A stretch of DNA of 64,000 bases, taken from the NCBI GenBank assembly GCA_030525745.1, contig JAUNED010000002.1:46222-110221 (forward strand), given 5' to 3'. This document shows, in pieces, positions 33,612 through 46,501 of this stretch. Position 1 is the stretch's first letter; every line of letters begins with the position of its first letter. The stretch is from Lonepinella koalarum (lineage in GTDB: Bacteria > Pseudomonadota > Gammaproteobacteria > Enterobacterales > Pasteurellaceae). The translations under genes and the position numbers were made by a program. The notes under the pieces are model-generated. The model worked only from the letters and a program-made list of their open reading frames with translations, was not told the DNA's origin and made no database searches.

Positions 33612-34100
33612 TTATTTGGTCGGTAAATTTAAAAAACTGGAATTGGATTGAAGTTGTTGGAAAAACCATTCCACAATAAAACCAAAGTGCGGTATTAATT
33701 TAGACGATTTCCATGCTTCGCTCTGACTGAAATTAGTAAAGGTATCCACAAAAAACAGTAAAGCGGCAATAATCAGCACACCACGCAACAAACCGAAACA
33801 AGCACCTAATACACGATCAGTGCCAGTTAAACCTGTTTTATCCACCAATTGAGATAAAACATAATTGACAATACCGCCAACAATTAATGTCGCAATGAAT
33901 AAAATCCCAATAGCCGTACCGTTTCGTACATATTCAGATTCAATCTGTGTTAAATATACTGCTAAATAAGGATAAAATTGGCTGGCAACAATAAAAGCCA
34001 CCACCCAACTAGCCAAAGACATAACCTCACGTACAAAGCCACGCAAAAGACTTACAATCACGGAAAAGGCAATTATTGCAATAATAATATAATCAATCAT
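33612..34100 (-). CDS. cvpA: Colicin V production membrane protein CvpA
   Basis: 162 aa, 4 TM segments. MIDYIIIAIIAFSVIVSLLRG. cvpA-purF-ubiX order as in E. coli. Confidence 0.85.
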   Translation of the reverse strand: MIDYIIIAIIAFSVIVSLLRGFVREVMSLASWVVAFIVASQFYPYLAVYLTQIESEYVRNGTAIGILFIATLIVGGIVNYVLSQLVDKTGLTGTDRVLGACFGLLRGVLIIAALLFFVDTFTNFSQSEAWKSSKLIPHFGFIVEWFFQQLQSNSSFLNLPTK

Positions 34101-34181
34101 GGAATACTCTCATTTCTCAAAATGCTAAAACATGCAAGCGCACTTCATTCATTGCGGTATTCTACCCAAATTATCGACAAA

Positions 34182-34197
34182 AAGAAAACGTTTGCGT
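34182..34197. promoter_or_regulatory. PurR operator (AAGAAAACGTTTGCGT = reverse complement of ACGCAAACGTTTTCTT) upstream of cvpA-purF-ubiX
   Basis: 16-bp palindromic PurR-box consensus match about 85 bp upstream of the cvpA ATG. Confidence 0.55.
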
Positions 34198-34229
34198 CAG
34201 TTTATATGAAAATAAATATAACTTATTAT

Positions 34230-34685
34230 TCATAGCTCTTCCCAGAAATCGGGCGACAAAAATTGTTCGGCTTTTTTTAATAATAGTGCCAAATCAAAAT
34301 ACGTTGGTTTTTCCACTTTCGATATTATTATATTGTGCTTTTCAAGTTGTTCGGCAATTTGATGAAATTTAACCGCACTTTGTGTAGGTAGTACTTGTGT
34401 AGAACGCTTACCCAACCAATATAATCCTTGCAAGGGAATGGCTAATGCAAAAACAGCCGTTAAAACAGCCGCCGCAAATGCAATTTCATTTCCTTTAGAA
34501 GAAAATTGTTGCCAAACAATCGCAAAGACCGCAACAAAAGGCATGTATTTTTGAGCAAATTTGGTACTTTTAATTATCCTGTTTTCAGGAAAAATTGCGC
34601 CTAGTTTGGGATGTAATACCCAAGTATCGGCATAGTCTTGTCCTTTTTTGAATAAATGTATCATAACTAAAAAAGAATAAGCCAT
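34230..34685 (-). CDS. Small inner-membrane protein, possibly UPF0208/YfbV-like
   Basis: 151 aa with two hydrophobic helices in the middle. Family assignment is tentative. Confidence 0.5.
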   Translation of the reverse strand: MAYSFLVMIHLFKKGQDYADTWVLHPKLGAIFPENRIIKSTKFAQKYMPFVAVFAIVWQQFSSKGNEIAFAAAVLTAVFALAIPLQGLYWLGKRSTQVLPTQSAVKFHQIAEQLEKHNIIISKVEKPTYFDLALLLKKAEQFLSPDFWEEL

Positions 34686-34715
34686 TCACTGAATGGCTTG
34701 TTATTTAAAATAATC

Positions 34716-37316
34716 TTATTTTGACTGCCATTTTCCATCAACAAAATGTACAATCCATTTGGTTTGTTTACCGTTTTTTTCAGATGTCACATATTGACGT
34801 TTTTCCTTACGGCTGAAGCGAATGATAGCTTCATTACCTTCCGGATCTGTTTTTGGTGCGTCAGCCAAATATTGTAATTTTTCCGGTAAGCGATCACGAT
34901 ATAAAGCCAATTCAGCTACTTTGGGTGCGCGAGTTTCACGAGATTTCGGAAAATTATGAGCGGACATAAAAACACCACTTGCTCCGTCACGCAATACAAA
35001 ATAAGCATCGGATTTTTCACATTTTAATTCAGGGAAATGGGTCGGCTCTTCCTTTGGTGGAGCAACTTCGCCACTTTTCAAAATTTTACGCGTATTATCA
35101 CAAGAAGTACAACCCATATATTTACCGAAACGCCCTAGTTTTAAATGCATATCCGCACCACATTTATCACATTCCACAATCGGGCCTTCATAGCCTTTTA
35201 TTTTAAAGCTTCCCTGTTCAATTAAATAACCCTCACAATTTGGATTATTGCCACAAATATGTAATTTACGTTGAGGATCGATAACATAGCTATCCATTGC
35301 CGACTCACATTTCGGGCAACGTTTACGAGCCATTAAGGCTTTAGTTTCTGTTTCACTGTCCAATACATTTAGTAATTCCGCTTCAGGAATTAAATTTGTA
35401 GTGGTTTTACACCGCTCTTTTGGTGATAAGGCATAGCCCGAACAGCCTAAAAATACACCGGTGCTAGCCGTACGAATAGCCATTTTTCTCGCACAAGTCG
35501 GGCAATCAATATCTGTTAAAACAAGACTGTTTGGCTTCATCCCGCCTGCAATCTCATCTAATTCAGCTGTTGTTAATTGTTGAGAAAAGTCTTTAAAGAA
35601 TTGATTTAATTCTGTTTTCCAATTTTTATTTCCTTCCGCAATTTGATCTAACATTGTTTCCATATCAGCCGTAAAATCATAGCTCATCAAATTGGCAAAA
35701 GATTGATTTAATCGATCTGTGACGATTTCCCCCATTTTTTCCGCATAAAAACGACGGTTTTCTGTACGAACATAACCCCGTTCTTGTATAGTAGAAATAA
35801 TCGCCGCATAGGTTGAAGGCCGCCCTATTCCTCGCTTTTCCAATTCTTTTACTAAAGCCGCTTCGGTAAATCTAGCCGGCGGTTTGGTAAAATGTTGGCT
35901 TGGTAATACAGTACTCAATTTTAATGGTTGATTTACTTCCACTGCGGGTAATTCTTGATCTTCAGCCGATTTGCTGAATTGTGGCAATACCGCGGTCCAA
36001 CCGTCAAAACGTAAAATGCGCCCTTTCGCTTTTAGGATATAATCCCCCGCTCTAACCGTTAAAGTTGTACTATCATATTGCGCTGCAGGCATTTGACAAG
36101 CGACAAATTGTCGCCAAATCAAGTCATATAAACGTTCTGCATCTTTTTCCATTCCAGATAATGACTGTGCAGAAATATTCACATCAGAAGGACGAATTGC
36201 TTCATGCGCTTCTTGGGCATTTTCTTTACTCGAATAAAAATTCGGCTTAGGCGGCAAATAATGTTCACCATAATTTTTTTCAATATAGCCACGCACCATA
36301 TTTAAAGCATCTTGGCTTAAATTGGTGGAATCTGTACGCATATAAGTAATATAGCCGGCTTCGTATAAGCGCTGAGCCAACATCATTGTTTTTTTCACGC
36401 TGAAATTCAAACGAGTACTTGCCGCTTGCTGTAATGTAGAAGTAATAAACGGCGGTTTAGCTCTTGATGTCGTCGGTTTGGTTTCTAAATCAGAGACGAT
36501 TAAATCCGAAACCTTTAAAAAATCCACCGCACTTTGAGCTTCCTGTTCATTTTTAGGCTCAAATTTTTCCCCTTTAAATTCCATTACATCAAGCTGAACT
36601 TTTTGTTGATTTACGGTGAATGTATCAACTGCAACTTCCCAATATTCTTCAGGCTGAAATGCTTTAATTTCACGCTCACGCTCCACCAATAATTTCACCG
36701 CAACAGATTGCACCCGCCCGGCAGATAAGCCTCTTGCTACCTTTTTCCATAATAAAGGAGAGACCATAAAGCCCACTATGCGATCTAAAAAACGACGGGT
36801 TTGCTGTGCATTCACCCGATTTAAATTTAATTGTTCCGGTTTTTCAAAAGCCTGTTTGATAGCATTTTTGGTAATCTCATTAAATACTACTCGGCTAAAA
36901 CGACTGTCATCACCACCAATCACTTCACGCAGATGCCATGCAATTGCTTCCCCTTCTCTATCCAAATCGGTAGCCAAATAAATATGGTCGGCTTTTTTAG
37001 CTAAGGATTTTAATTCAGATACGACTTTTTCTTTACCCGGTAAAATCTGGTAGTTTGCCTTCCAGTCATGATAAGGATCAACTCCCATACGTTTCACCAA
37101 TGCGGTTTGCTCTTTTTCAGCTTTCAATTCCGCTTTTTGTTCCGCCGTTAATCCTTTGGTGGAGGTACTTTTTGCTTTTTCTGCTATTCCTGTACCTGAC
37201 ACAGGTAAATCACGTATATGTCCCACACTGGATTTGACAATGAAATCACTTCCCAAATATTTATTAATAGTTTTTGCTTTAGCCGGAGACTCCACGATCA
37301 CAAGAGATTTGCTCAT
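34716..37316 (-). CDS. topA: DNA topoisomerase I
   Basis: 866 aa. Toprim N-terminus [14 protein letters not shown]-terminal Zn-ribbon repeats. Confidence 0.95.
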   Translation of the reverse strand: MSKSLVIVESPAKAKTINKYLGSDFIVKSSVGHIRDLPVSGTGIAEKAKSTSTKGLTAEQKAELKAEKEQTALVKRMGVDPYHDWKANYQILPGKEKVVSELKSLAKKADHIYLATDLDREGEAIAWHLREVIGGDDSRFSRVVFNEITKNAIKQAFEKPEQLNLNRVNAQQTRRFLDRIVGFMVSPLLWKKVARGLSAGRVQSVAVKLLVEREREIKAFQPEEYWEVAVDTFTVNQQKVQLDVMEFKGEKFEPKNEQEAQSAVDFLKVSDLIVSDLETKPTTSRAKPPFITSTLQQAASTRLNFSVKKTMMLAQRLYEAGYITYMRTDSTNLSQDALNMVRGYIEKNYGEHYLPPKPNFYSSKENAQEAHEAIRPSDVNISAQSLSGMEKDAERLYDLIWRQFVACQMPAAQYDSTTLTVRAGDYILKAKGRILRFDGWTAVLPQFSKSAEDQELPAVEVNQPLKLSTVLPSQHFTKPPARFTEAALVKELEKRGIGRPSTYAAIISTIQERGYVRTENRRFYAEKMGEIVTDRLNQSFANLMSYDFTADMETMLDQIAEGNKNWKTELNQFFKDFSQQLTTAELDEIAGGMKPNSLVLTDIDCPTCARKMAIRTASTGVFLGCSGYALSPKERCKTTTNLIPEAELLNVLDSETETKALMARKRCPKCESAMDSYVIDPQRKLHICGNNPNCEGYLIEQGSFKIKGYEGPIVECDKCGADMHLKLGRFGKYMGCTSCDNTRKILKSGEVAPPKEEPTHFPELKCEKSDAYFVLRDGASGVFMSAHNFPKSRETRAPKVAELALYRDRLPEKLQYLADAPKTDPEGNEAIIRFSRKEKRQYVTSEKNGKQTKWIVHFVDGKWQSK

Positions 37317-37411
37317 TTTTATACCTAAACTGTCTTATTCTGTGTAAAATGCTTTTTATATTGCCGAACAAATAGGTTTTCGGCAACTGTTTTTTCAAAA
37401 AGAGGCAACAA

Positions 37412-38320
37412 ATGGATAAACTCAATGCAATTTCAGTATTTTGTAAAGTTGTTGAAACTCAAAGTTTTACGCAGGCTGCTGCCCAGCAAAATATGTCAGT
37501 AGCCATGGCCAGTAAATTGGTTTCTCAATTGGAAGAAACACTGAAAGTCCGATTATTACAACGCACGACCCGAAAAATTGTACCGACCGAAGCCGGTATT
37601 CTTTATTATCAACGTTGCCAGCCGATTTTACTTGAATTAAATGATGCTGAAGCCAGTATAAGTAGCCTTTCCACTGCTTTACAGGGTAATTTGGTTGTTT
37701 CTGTACCGATGGATTTTGGTTATCGCTTTATTGCCCCCTCTTTGCCTCGCTTCGTACAAGCTCATCCTAATTTGCATATTGATATTGAATATAGCGACCG
37801 CAAAGTAGATTTAGTTGCTGAAGGCTATGATATCGCCTTACGAATAGGTTATTTACAAGATAGCACATTAGTAGCGAAAAAAATTGCCGGCTCAACAATG
37901 CATTTTGCCGCTTCTCCTGATTATTTAAAAAAACACGGGATTCCACAAATACCGGAAGAACTGGAACATCACGATTGCTTGTTATATAAGGCACTGGGAA
38001 ACCAAGTTTATTGGACATTCAATAATCAACATCATATTGAAAAAGTGAAAATGAATTCCAAACTGATTTGCAATAACGGGCTCACCTTAACTCAATTAGC
38101 TAAATCAGGGCTAGGTATTATTAATTCACCTTATTTTTTAATTGATAAAGAATTACAATCGGGAGAGTTGGTAGAAATTTTGGCAGATTATCGCCAGCAA
38201 GAATTGGATTTACATTTAATCTACCCTAACCGTCGCCACTTGCCGGCAAAAGTAAGGGCATTCATAGATTTTATTGAGAGTTTACATTTAGCCACCTATC
38301 AAATCCCTAAAATCCTATAA
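37412..38320 (+). CDS. LysR-family transcriptional regulator
   Basis: 302 aa. N-terminal wHTH (…AISVFCKVVETQSFTQAA……SVAMASKLVSQLE) plus LysR substrate domain. Divergent from topA. Confidence 0.85.
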   Translation: MDKLNAISVFCKVVETQSFTQAAAQQNMSVAMASKLVSQLEETLKVRLLQRTTRKIVPTEAGILYYQRCQPILLELNDAEASISSLSTALQGNLVVSVPMDFGYRFIAPSLPRFVQAHPNLHIDIEYSDRKVDLVAEGYDIALRIGYLQDSTLVAKKIAGSTMHFAASPDYLKKHGIPQIPEELEHHDCLLYKALGNQVYWTFNNQHHIEKVKMNSKLICNNGLTLTQLAKSGLGIINSPYFLIDKELQSGELVEILADYRQQELDLHLIYPNRRHLPAKVRAFIDFIESLHLATYQIPKIL

Positions 38321-38360
38321 AAATTGACCGCACTGAAAACAAAAAGTGCGGTCAATTTAC
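38321..38360. terminator. Bidirectional USS-pair terminator between LysR gene and prmB
   Basis: AAATTGACCGCACT-gaaaacaaaa-AGTGCGGTCAATTT sits between convergent genes. Confidence 0.55.
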
Positions 38361-38367
38361 TCAGATT

Positions 38368-39309
38368 TTATTGAAACAAATGTCGCCATTGCATTAATTC
38401 GCCTTTAGTTAAAGCAAATACACCGTCTCCACCCTGTTTAAATTCAATCCATTTAAAGGGTACTTGTGGATATTGCTCTATTAAATGCACCATTGAATTA
38501 CCTACTTCACAAATCAATAAACCATGCTCTGTGAGAAAATCAGCTGATTGTGCCAAAATTCGCCGAACCAAACCTAATCCATCAATACCAGCTGCCAATG
38601 CCATCATCGGCTCATGATGAAATTCTGCAGGCATATCCTCAATGTCTTCTTGATCCACATAAGGTGGGTTAGTAACAATCAAATCATATTTATCTTGTGG
38701 CAGAGTATTAAATAAATCCGATTGAATCGGAATCACTCGATGAGATAATTGGTGACGTTCAATATTAATTTCCGCCACTTCTAAGGCTTCTAATGATAAA
38801 TCCACCGCATCTACTTCTGTCTGTGGAAAACGGTCGGCACAAGCAATCGCAATACAACCACTACCGGTACAAAGATCTAAAATACGTTTTGGCTCAGTTT
38901 TAATAACATCAGCAAAACCATTTTGAATTAATTCACCAATCGGCGAACGAGGAATTAATACCCGTTCATCTACATAAAACGGCAATCCGCAAAACCACGA
39001 GGTATTGACCAAATAAGCCACCGGTATTCGCTGTTCGATACGCTGTATCACCAATCGAATAATCTGTTGTTTTTCTGCAAAGGTTAAACGGCTACTATAT
39101 AATTCTGTAGGCACATCAAGGGGTAAATTCAAACTGGAAAGAACCAGCAATATTGCCTCATCCCACGCATTATCCAATCCTTGCCCGAAAAAAATATCTG
39201 CACCATTAAATTCGCTATATGCCCAACGCAAATAGTCTTTAATACTGTGTAAATCTTGTTCAATACTTGGTTCGGTTAAACTTACATCCTGTTCTTGAAA
39301 AAAAGTCAT
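38368..39309 (-). CDS. prmB: Ribosomal protein L3 glutamine N5-methyltransferase PrmB
   Basis: HemK-family MTase with NPPY motif (VTNPPYV) and SAM motif [11 protein letters not shown]. Start is placed at the ATG with TAAGGA SD (MTFF…); the track ATG 15 nt upstream lacks an SD. Confidence 0.85.
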   Translation of the reverse strand: MTFFQEQDVSLTEPSIEQDLHSIKDYLRWAYSEFNGADIFFGQGLDNAWDEAILLVLSSLNLPLDVPTELYSSRLTFAEKQQIIRLVIQRIEQRIPVAYLVNTSWFCGLPFYVDERVLIPRSPIGELIQNGFADVIKTEPKRILDLCTGSGCIAIACADRFPQTEVDAVDLSLEALEVAEINIERHQLSHRVIPIQSDLFNTLPQDKYDLIVTNPPYVDQEDIEDMPAEFHHEPMMALAAGIDGLGLVRRILAQSADFLTEHGLLICEVGNSMVHLIEQYPQVPFKWIEFKQGGDGVFALTKGELMQWRHLFQ

Positions 39310-39380
39310 TTTTTCCTTACTCATATTTGCTAAAATTGTGCTTAGTATATAGAAATTCGCTTAAACAAGGAATGAAATTA

Positions 39381-39887
39381 ATGTTAAATGATGAAGATTT
39401 GGCGTTATTTAGGGCTGAAACTAAAGGGACGAAAAAAATCAAACAGGATATTTTTGTACCAAAAGAAAAACCAAATTTAAAAAAGAAAGCAGAAAGGAGG
39501 AATGAACAGGAAAAACGGGATACCTTGTTTTATTTTTCCGATGAATACGAGCCCTTATTAAACGAAGAAAGTGCGGTCAAATATTTAAGAGAGGGGGAAG
39601 ACAGTTATTTGCTAAAACAGCTTCGCCGTGGAGATTTTTCACCGGAAATTTTCTTAGATTTACACGGTTTAACTAGAGAACAAGCTAAATTGGAACTTGC
39701 TGCACTGATTCAATCCTGCGAAAGTGATCATATTTTTTGTGCGAGTATTATGACGGGTTATGGTACTTTTACACTAAAAAAACAAATTCCACGCTGGTTG
39801 GTACAACACCCGAAAGTCAGAGCATTACACCAAGCACCTCGAGAATGGGGTGGTGATGCTGCTATTTTGGTATTAATTGATGTGTAA
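39381..39887 (+). CDS. smrB: Smr-domain protein SmrB
   Basis: C-terminal Smr domain (LDLHGLT…A…L……C…G.G). Adjacent to prmB as in E. coli. The track's upstream extension overlaps prmB and is rejected. Confidence 0.75.
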   Translation: MLNDEDLALFRAETKGTKKIKQDIFVPKEKPNLKKKAERRNEQEKRDTLFYFSDEYEPLLNEESAVKYLREGEDSYLLKQLRRGDFSPEIFLDLHGLTREQAKLELAALIQSCESDHIFCASIMTGYGTFTLKKQIPRWLVQHPKVRALHQAPREWGGDAAILVLIDV

Positions 39888-39898
39888 AAAATAGACAT

Positions 39899-39929
39899 AA
39901 AAAAAGCACCTTGAGGTGCTATCTTTTTC
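39899..39929. terminator. Bidirectional terminator between smrB and the tRNA operon 3' end
   Basis: AAAAAGCACC-ttga-GGTGCT-ATCTTTTT. Confidence 0.5.
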
Positions 39930-39934
39930 TAAGA

Positions 39935-40021
39935 TGGTGCCCGAGGCCAGACTTGAACTGGCACGCCCCGAAAGGCGAGGGATTTTAAATCCCTTGCGTC
40001 TACCGATTCCGCCACTCGGGC
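39935..40021 (-). tRNA. tRNA-Leu (anticodon UAA)
   Basis: 87 nt. GCCCGAG acceptor stem, long variable arm, anticodon loop TTTAAAA, 3' CCA encoded. Near-identical to E. coli leuZ. Confidence 0.9.
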
Positions 40022-40044
40022 ACAACGCAATTTTTATTTGAGAT

Positions 40045-40120
<76 letters not shown>

Positions 40121-40263
40121 TTTGTTTCGGCGATTGCCTTTAACGAGGTTGCATTTTACGGATTTATAGTTTTCTGTCAAATGCTAATTTCATCTTTTTA
40201 TTTTAAGTGATGAAAAAAAAGGCAATTTCATAAAATAGCCTTAATTTTCACCGCACTTTTCTA

Positions 40264-40812
40264 TCATTCGTCTAATAACGACGTTTTAGCTGCTTTCAAA
40301 TATTGTACCATTGACCATAAAGTCAAAATCGCCGCAATATACAACAAGATAATAGCCGCAATTTCCATAAGCTGATTATAACGCCACAATAAACCGCCTA
40401 AAGCAAACATTTGAGCCGTAGTTTTAATTTTACCTACCCAAGATACCGCAACTTTGGTACGGCTACCGACTTCAGCCATCCATTCTCTCAGGGCTGATAC
40501 GATTATTTCACGAGAAATAATGACGATAGTGGGCAAGGTAATCCACCAAGTATGGTAATACTCCGCCACTAAAACCAACGCAGCGGCAACAATTACTTTA
40601 TCTGCAACCGGATCTAAAAATGCACCAAAACGGGTTGTTTGTTTCCAACGGCGTGCTAGGTAACCATCAAACCAATCTGTAATTGATGCAATAAAGAAAA
40701 TTGCTGTGGTGACTAAATTTGTCCATTCAAAAGGTAAATAAAAGGAAAGAATAAAAAAAGGGATTAATACGACTCTAAATAGAGTCAAAAATGTGGGCAA
40801 ATTAAGTTTCAT
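40264..40812 (-). CDS. pgsA: CDP-diacylglycerol--glycerol-3-phosphate 3-phosphatidyltransferase
   Basis: 182 aa. CDP-alcohol phosphatidyltransferase motif D.FDG…AR……G…D..ADK. uvrC-pgsA-tRNA order as in E. coli. Confidence 0.9.
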   Translation of the reverse strand: MKLNLPTFLTLFRVVLIPFFILSFYLPFEWTNLVTTAIFFIASITDWFDGYLARRWKQTTRFGAFLDPVADKVIVAAALVLVAEYYHTWWITLPTIVIISREIIVSALREWMAEVGSRTKVAVSWVGKIKTTAQMFALGGLLWRYNQLMEIAAIILLYIAAILTLWSMVQYLKAAKTSLLDE

Positions 40813-40900
40813 TTGGATTTAAAGCTAAAAAGAAAAGTGAAAGTTATTCTAAAGGATTTCAGCTGTATTGAAAATAGCCAATCTAATTTAACCGTTCTTT

Positions 40901-42745
40901 TTATTCATTTTTTAATGTATCAAAGATAACTTCGGCTAATTGTTTAGATATACCCGGCACAGAAGCAATTTCATCCAATGTGGCATTCTTTACCCCTTGC
41001 ATTCCACCAAGATATTTTAATAAGGCTTGGCGACGTTTAGCTCCTATACCTTCGATTGTTTCCAAACCGCTTTGAGTAAAGGCTTTTTGTCGTTTTTTTC
41101 GATGTCCGCTAATAGCATGATTGTGGCTTTCATCACGAATATGCTGGATTAAATGTAATCCTAAATTATCAGTTTCAAGATTAATTTCTTGCCCACTTTT
41201 ACTTAAAATTAAGGTTTCTTGGCCTGCACGACGATCTACCCCTTTTGCTACGCCAATTAAGTGCGGTCGGTTTTTGTCCCATTTTACATTCAACTTGGCA
41301 AAGACATCTAATGCTCGATTCAATTGTCCTTTTCCCCCATCAATTAAAATGACATCAGGAATTTTATCTGCCTCTAAATCACGATCATAACGTTTTCTTA
41401 ATACCTGTTCCATAGCTGCATAATCATCGCCCCCTGTAATACCTTCAATATTGAAACGACGATAGTCAGATTTTAAAGGGCCGTTTTGATCAAATACTAC
41501 ACAAGAAGCCACTGTTTGATTTCCCATAGTATGACTAATATCAAAACATTCCATCCGTTCAATTTTTTCAATGCCCAATAAATTTTCTAACGCCAGATAG
41601 CGTTCGCTGATAAGTGAATTTTCTTTCAATTTTAAGTTCAATGTCGCTTTAGCATTCATTTGTGCCAATTGTAAATATTTGCTTTTAGTGCCTTTTACAT
41701 TATCTTGAATACTCACTTTTCTCCCTGCCTGTGCAGAAATCAATATTTCCAGACTGCTCTTTTCCGGCAATTTGTGATCTACGATAATACTGTTTGGTAC
41801 AGTTCTTCCTTGATGCGCTTGCAAATAAAATTGCCCCACAAACGTCTCTGTTAATTCGGTTAAATCGGTATTTATAGGTACTTTAGGGAAATAGCTACGG
41901 TTACCCAATATTTTTCCTTGACGAATAAATAATACTTGCACACAAGCAATCCCTGATTGATAGGCGAAGGACATAATATCCAAATCCGCCATTCCTTCAT
42001 TGGAAACAAATTGTTTTTCCATTACCGAACGTACCGCTTGAATTTGATCACGAAAACGGGCTGCAGTTTCAAAATCCAATTGATGACTGGCATGTTCCAT
42101 TTTACCAATCAAATGGGCTAAAACCTGATTGTCTTTACCCTGTAAAAATAAACGGGCAAAATCAACCTGCGACTGATATTCCTCATCGCTCACAAAACCC
42201 GAAACACAAGGGGCGGAACAACGACCGATTTGATATTGTAAACAGGGACGGGAACGGTTGTTGTATACAGAGTTTTCACATTGACGAATCGGAAATAATT
42301 TTTGCAATAGAGACAAGGTTTCTCGCACTGCGCCTGCATGAGGATAAGGGCCGAAATATTCGCCTTGAATTTTTTTTGCGCCACGATGAGCCGTAATTCT
42401 TGGGTGCCGCTCTTTAGTTAATAAAATATAGGGATAGGATTTATCATCTCGCAATAGTACGTTATAACGAGGCTGATAGGTTTTAATGTAATTATGTTCA
42501 AGCAATAATGCTTCGGTTTCAGAAGTGGTAATCGTAGTTTCAATACGAAAAATGGAAGCGACTAAGGCTTCGGTTTTCTTACTGTTAAGATTATTTCTGA
42601 AATAACTGGATAGGCGTTTTTTTAGGTCTTTGGCTTTCCCTACATAAATTACCGTATCGGTTTTATCGAACATGCGATAAACACCGGGTTCACTACTAAC
42701 GGTTTTAAGAAAAGATTTAGCATCAAACATGGCTGGGAAATCCAT
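40901..42745 (-). CDS. uvrC: Excinuclease ABC subunit C
   Basis: 614 aa. GIY-YIG N-terminus (GVYRMFD…[18 protein letters not shown]). C-terminal HhH. Confidence 0.95.
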   Translation of the reverse strand: MDFPAMFDAKSFLKTVSSEPGVYRMFDKTDTVIYVGKAKDLKKRLSSYFRNNLNSKKTEALVASIFRIETTITTSETEALLLEHNYIKTYQPRYNVLLRDDKSYPYILLTKERHPRITAHRGAKKIQGEYFGPYPHAGAVRETLSLLQKLFPIRQCENSVYNNRSRPCLQYQIGRCSAPCVSGFVSDEEYQSQVDFARLFLQGKDNQVLAHLIGKMEHASHQLDFETAARFRDQIQAVRSVMEKQFVSNEGMADLDIMSFAYQSGIACVQVLFIRQGKILGNRSYFPKVPINTDLTELTETFVGQFYLQAHQGRTVPNSIIVDHKLPEKSSLEILISAQAGRKVSIQDNVKGTKSKYLQLAQMNAKATLNLKLKENSLISERYLALENLLGIEKIERMECFDISHTMGNQTVASCVVFDQNGPLKSDYRRFNIEGITGGDDYAAMEQVLRKRYDRDLEADKIPDVILIDGGKGQLNRALDVFAKLNVKWDKNRPHLIGVAKGVDRRAGQETLILSKSGQEINLETDNLGLHLIQHIRDESHNHAISGHRKKRQKAFTQSGLETIEGIGAKRRQALLKYLGGMQGVKNATLDEIASVPGISKQLAEVIFDTLKNE

Positions 42746-42762
42746 TGACTATAAAAATAAGA

Positions 42763-43542
42763 TCAACACGACGCTAAAATTGACCGCACTTTTTCCAAAT
42801 CTTCCGGCGTATCCACACCTACCGGTGGGGCTTCTTTAGCTAATTCAACGTGAATTTTTTCACCATACCAAAGCACGCGTAATTGTTCCAAACGCTCAAT
42901 TTCTTCCAACAGGGTTGGTTGCCATTGCACATATTGTTTAATAAAGCCTGCACGATAAGCATAAATACCGATATGACGCAAATAATGCTCACCTAAATTC
43001 AAGGTATTTGAGCTCATTGGTTGAGAAGATAATTGAGCAAATTCATCTCGATTCCAAGGAATCACCGCTCGTGAAAAATACAGCACATAACCGTTTTTAT
43101 CTGTTAAAACTTTTACCGCATTCGGATTAAATAATTCTTCAGCCTCTTCAATTTTTACCGCTAAACTTGCCATATTGACATTAAATTTCGATAAATTATC
43201 GGCAACTTGTGACACGATCACCGGTGGAATTAAAGGCTCATCACCTTGAATATTGACTATAATTTCGTTATTTGGAATGTGTAATTTTTCGACAACTTCA
43301 GCTAATCTTTCCGTTCCTGAATTATGTGTAGCCGCTGTCATACAGACTTCGCCACCAAATTGGCGTACGACTTGTTCCACTTGTTCATTATCAGTTGCAA
43401 CAATCACTCGTTTTGCACCGGATAATCGGGCTTTTTCCCAAACATGTTGGATCATGGGTTTACCTGCAATGTCTGCCAAAGGTTTCCCCGGTAAACGGGT
43501 AGAGGCAAAACGGGCAGGAATAATTACACTAAATTCAGTCAT
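42763..43542 (-). CDS. kdsB: 3-deoxy-manno-octulosonate cytidylyltransferase
   Basis: 259 aa. [16 protein letters not shown] motif. Confidence 0.9.
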   Translation of the reverse strand: MTEFSVIIPARFASTRLPGKPLADIAGKPMIQHVWEKARLSGAKRVIVATDNEQVEQVVRQFGGEVCMTAATHNSGTERLAEVVEKLHIPNNEIIVNIQGDEPLIPPVIVSQVADNLSKFNVNMASLAVKIEEAEELFNPNAVKVLTDKNGYVLYFSRAVIPWNRDEFAQLSSQPMSSNTLNLGEHYLRHIGIYAYRAGFIKQYVQWQPTLLEEIERLEQLRVLWYGEKIHVELAKEAPPVGVDTPEDLEKVRSILASC

Positions 43543-43723
43543 TTTTATCTTCCTCTACGCTATTTAGATGGATAGCTTGCTCTGCCAATAATACAGGAAT
43601 ACCATTATTGATAGGGTACGCCAACTGATCGAAACGGCAAACCAGCTGTTCTTTTTCATTGTCATAATTCAGTCTCCCTTGACAAATTGGGCAAGCGATA
43701 ACCTCAAGTAATTTTATATTCAT
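43535..43723 (-). CDS. ycaR: Trm112-like zinc-finger protein YcaR (UPF0434)
   Basis: 62 aa. [14 protein letters not shown]…; conserved position between lpxK and kdsB. Confidence 0.8.
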   Translation of the reverse strand: MNIKLLEVIACPICQGRLNYDNEKEQLVCRFDQLAYPINNGIPVLLAEQAIHLNSVEEDKND

Positions 43724-43724
43724 G

Positions 43725-44696
43725 TTATTTCTCGGTTAATTGTTGGATTCTATCTAATAATGCTACTGCGTTGTGACCTTCAATATGGGCTTCTACAGGC
43801 ACATACCAAAAATTATCCTGTGCAAAAGCGACACATTTCACTGCATCTTTTTCGGTCATAAAGTGCGGTTGATTTTGATCAAATTTTGTCATTAATTCTT
43901 TCGTAAAAGCTTGATGATCCTGTAAAGCATAGGTATCCAATAACTCAATCCCTAAACCCTGTAACATATTAAAGAACCGTTGTGGGTTGCCAATACCCGC
44001 AAGTGCTGAACCCTGTTTAAATTCTGATAAGGGCCGTCTTTCTTGTGTCACTAAATTAATTGCATAACTAGGAATTAAATTCATGATTGCGTGACAATAA
44101 GTATTTTCTCCACCATTCGCAATAATAAAATCAACCGTTGTCAAACGCTTTTCACTTTCACGCAAAGGGCCGGCCGGCAATACCAATCCGTTCCCCAAAC
44201 CACGCTCGGCATCCATCACCACAATTTCAATATCCCGCGATAATTTATAATGCTGCAAGCCGTCATCACTAATGATCACATCGCAATTAATATGGGATAA
44301 CAAATGCTCGATAGCTTGTTGTCGATTGGCTGAAATACATACCGGAACTTGAGTTCTTTTAGCAATTAATACAGGTTCATCGCCACCTTTAATCGGATCG
44401 GTTTTATCCGTAACAAGCAGTGGATATGTCTCTGATTTACTCCCATAACCGCGAGAAATAACACCGCACTTTATTCCCCTTTCAGCCAATTTTTCTACCA
44501 ACCAAATCACTACGGGGGTTTTACCATTTCCTCCGACAGACAAATTCCCCACAATAACTACCGGTTTAGGTGGACGATAAGACTTCAGTATGCCGTATTT
44601 AAATAATCCTCGACGAATAGCCGTAATTAAGGCAAATAACCATGAAAGCGGTAATAATAAATAGGCTTGAATAGAATGACGATACCAAAAATCCAT
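43725..44696 (-). CDS. lpxK: Tetraacyldisaccharide 4'-kinase
   Basis: P-loop [12 protein letters not shown]. Start is placed at MDFWYR… just downstream of the msbA stop; the track's upstream extension overlaps msbA. Confidence 0.85.
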   Translation of the reverse strand: MDFWYRHSIQAYLLLPLSWLFALITAIRRGLFKYGILKSYRPPKPVVIVGNLSVGGNGKTPVVIWLVEKLAERGIKCGVISRGYGSKSETYPLLVTDKTDPIKGGDEPVLIAKRTQVPVCISANRQQAIEHLLSHINCDVIISDDGLQHYKLSRDIEIVVMDAERGLGNGLVLPAGPLRESEKRLTTVDFIIANGGENTYCHAIMNLIPSYAINLVTQERRPLSEFKQGSALAGIGNPQRFFNMLQGLGIELLDTYALQDHQAFTKELMTKFDQNQPHFMTEKDAVKCVAFAQDNFWYVPVEAHIEGHNAVALLDRIQQLTEK

Positions 44697-44700
44697 AATA

Positions 44701-46500
44701 TTAATGATTAAATTGTAAACTGTGTAACTGCTTGTAAGCACCACTTTTCGCCAATAATTCGGTATGGCTTCCACGCTCTTTGATTTCACCTTGTTCCATC
44801 ACAATAATTTCATCTGCATTTTCAATGGTGGATAAACGATGAGCAATCACCAAAACAGTACGATCTTTTTGTATTTCATCTAATGCTTTTTGAATGGCTC
44901 GTTCCGATTCCGTATCCAATGCGGAAGTAGCTTCATCTAAAATCATCACCGGAGAATCTCTCAATAAGGCACGAGCAATAGCTAAACGCTGACGCTGTCC
45001 CCCTGACAAACCGGCACCGTTTTCACCAACCATTGTATCTAAGCCGTTTTCCATTTTTTCTGCAAATTCCATTACATGAGCGGCTTTGGCCGCCGCTTCA
45101 ATTTGTTCTCGGCTGTATTTGTCGGCTGCTGCATAAGCAATATTATTGGCAAGGGTGTCATTAAATAAATGAACCTGTTGAGAGACTATCGCACACTGTT
45201 CCCGTAAATTGGCTAATTTATAGTCCTGAATATTGATACCATCAAGCAAAATTTGACCTTGTTTCACATCATAAAAACGAGTCATTAAATTAGCAATTGT
45301 TGATTTTCCTGAACCTGAACGCCCTACCAATGCAACGGTTTTGCCTTTGGGGATCGTAAATGAAATATTTTTTAACGCCGGTTTATCTGTATCTTGGTAT
45401 GTAAACGCCACATTTTCAAACCGCACTTCACCATTAGCTCGCTCGGTTTCATAATACCCATCATCTTTTTCCGGCGTTAAATCCAAGAAATCAAATAAGG
45501 TTTGACAAGCGGCCATACCTCGCTGAAATTGAGCATTCACACCCGTGAGGGATTTTAGTGGACGTAACATGGCCATCATAGAAGAAAAAACCACAGTAAA
45601 AGATCCTGCTGTTAAATTTTCATTCATAACTTCAGGAAATGTGGCTGCATAAAGTACAGCAGATAACGCAAGGGAGGCAATCAGTTGCACCACGCCGTCC
45701 GAAATACCGTCTGCGGAGATAATTTTCATTGCGCTACGACGCATATCGTTACTGACTTTGGCAAAACGGGCTTCCTCTACAGCTTGACCACCAAAAGAGA
45801 TGACCTCTTTATGACCTTTCAACATTTGTTCGGTGGTAATCGTCAATGCGCCCATACTGTCTTGAATCCGGCGGCTTAAATGACGGAAAATTTTTGATAC
45901 TACACCAATCAAACCACCAATAATTGGGGCGAGCACAAACAACACCACAGACAATTGCCAACTGGTATAAATCATGACTACAAACAAGGAAATTAAATAG
46001 GTACCTTCGCGAACAATAGTTACCAATGCGCCTGAAGATGAACTGGCTATCATTTCGCTGTCATAAGTCACACGAGAAAGTAAACGTCCGGTAGGATTTT
46101 TGTCGTAATAGCTGACCGGCATATACATAAGATGGCGGAATACATTACGTCGCATTTCCATTACTACTTTTCCGGAAACCCAAGATAAGCAATAGGCAGA
46201 AATATAGTTTGTAATCCCACGAAATAACACAAAAAAGACGACTAATACCGCCATTAATTTCAAGAAACTGTGATCCGCATTACCAAACCCTTCATCCAAC
46301 AAAGGTTTTAATAAATAAATTAAGCCGGAATCAATCAACGCGTTTAATATCATAGCAATTGCTGCCACAATCAACCCTATTTTAAACGGGGAAATTGTCG
46401 GCCATAGGCGTTTGAAAGTTTTTAATACGGAAACGTCTTGTTGCATAATTTCTCTTCTTTGAGCTAAAAAATTGGCTCGCATTGTACTCTGATTTTCCAT
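44701..46500 (-). CDS. msbA: Lipid A export ATP-binding/permease protein MsbA
   Basis: 6-TM ABC exporter domain plus NBD ([27 protein letters not shown]). The true start may be an internal ATG about 18 codons in. Confidence 0.9.
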   Translation of the reverse strand: MENQSTMRANFLAQRREIMQQDVSVLKTFKRLWPTISPFKIGLIVAAIAMILNALIDSGLIYLLKPLLDEGFGNADHSFLKLMAVLVVFFVLFRGITNYISAYCLSWVSGKVVMEMRRNVFRHLMYMPVSYYDKNPTGRLLSRVTYDSEMIASSSSGALVTIVREGTYLISLFVVMIYTSWQLSVVLFVLAPIIGGLIGVVSKIFRHLSRRIQDSMGALTITTEQMLKGHKEVISFGGQAVEEARFAKVSNDMRRSAMKIISADGISDGVVQLIASLALSAVLYAATFPEVMNENLTAGSFTVVFSSMMAMLRPLKSLTGVNAQFQRGMAACQTLFDFLDLTPEKDDGYYETERANGEVRFENVAFTYQDTDKPALKNISFTIPKGKTVALVGRSGSGKSTIANLMTRFYDVKQGQILLDGINIQDYKLANLREQCAIVSQQVHLFNDTLANNIAYAAADKYSREQIEAAAKAAHVMEFAEKMENGLDTMVGENGAGLSGGQRQRLAIARALLRDSPVMILDEATSALDTESERAIQKALDEIQKDRTVLVIAHRLSTIENADEIIVMEQGEIKERGSHTELLAKSGAYKQLHSLQFNH

Positions 46501-46501
46501 A

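Noticed and set aside
39267-39380. Upstream extension of smrB (MVRLNLHPV…) and ATG at 39372
   Set aside because: The extension overlaps the prmB 5' end on the opposite strand. The ATG at 39381 gives an SmrB-sized product. The ATG at 39372 has its SD abutting the start codon.
40022-40044. Expected tRNA-Cys between tRNA-Gly and tRNA-Leu, as in the E. coli glyW-cysT-leuZ locus
   Set aside because: Only 23 nt separate the two tRNAs. No cloverleaf is possible there, so it is absent.
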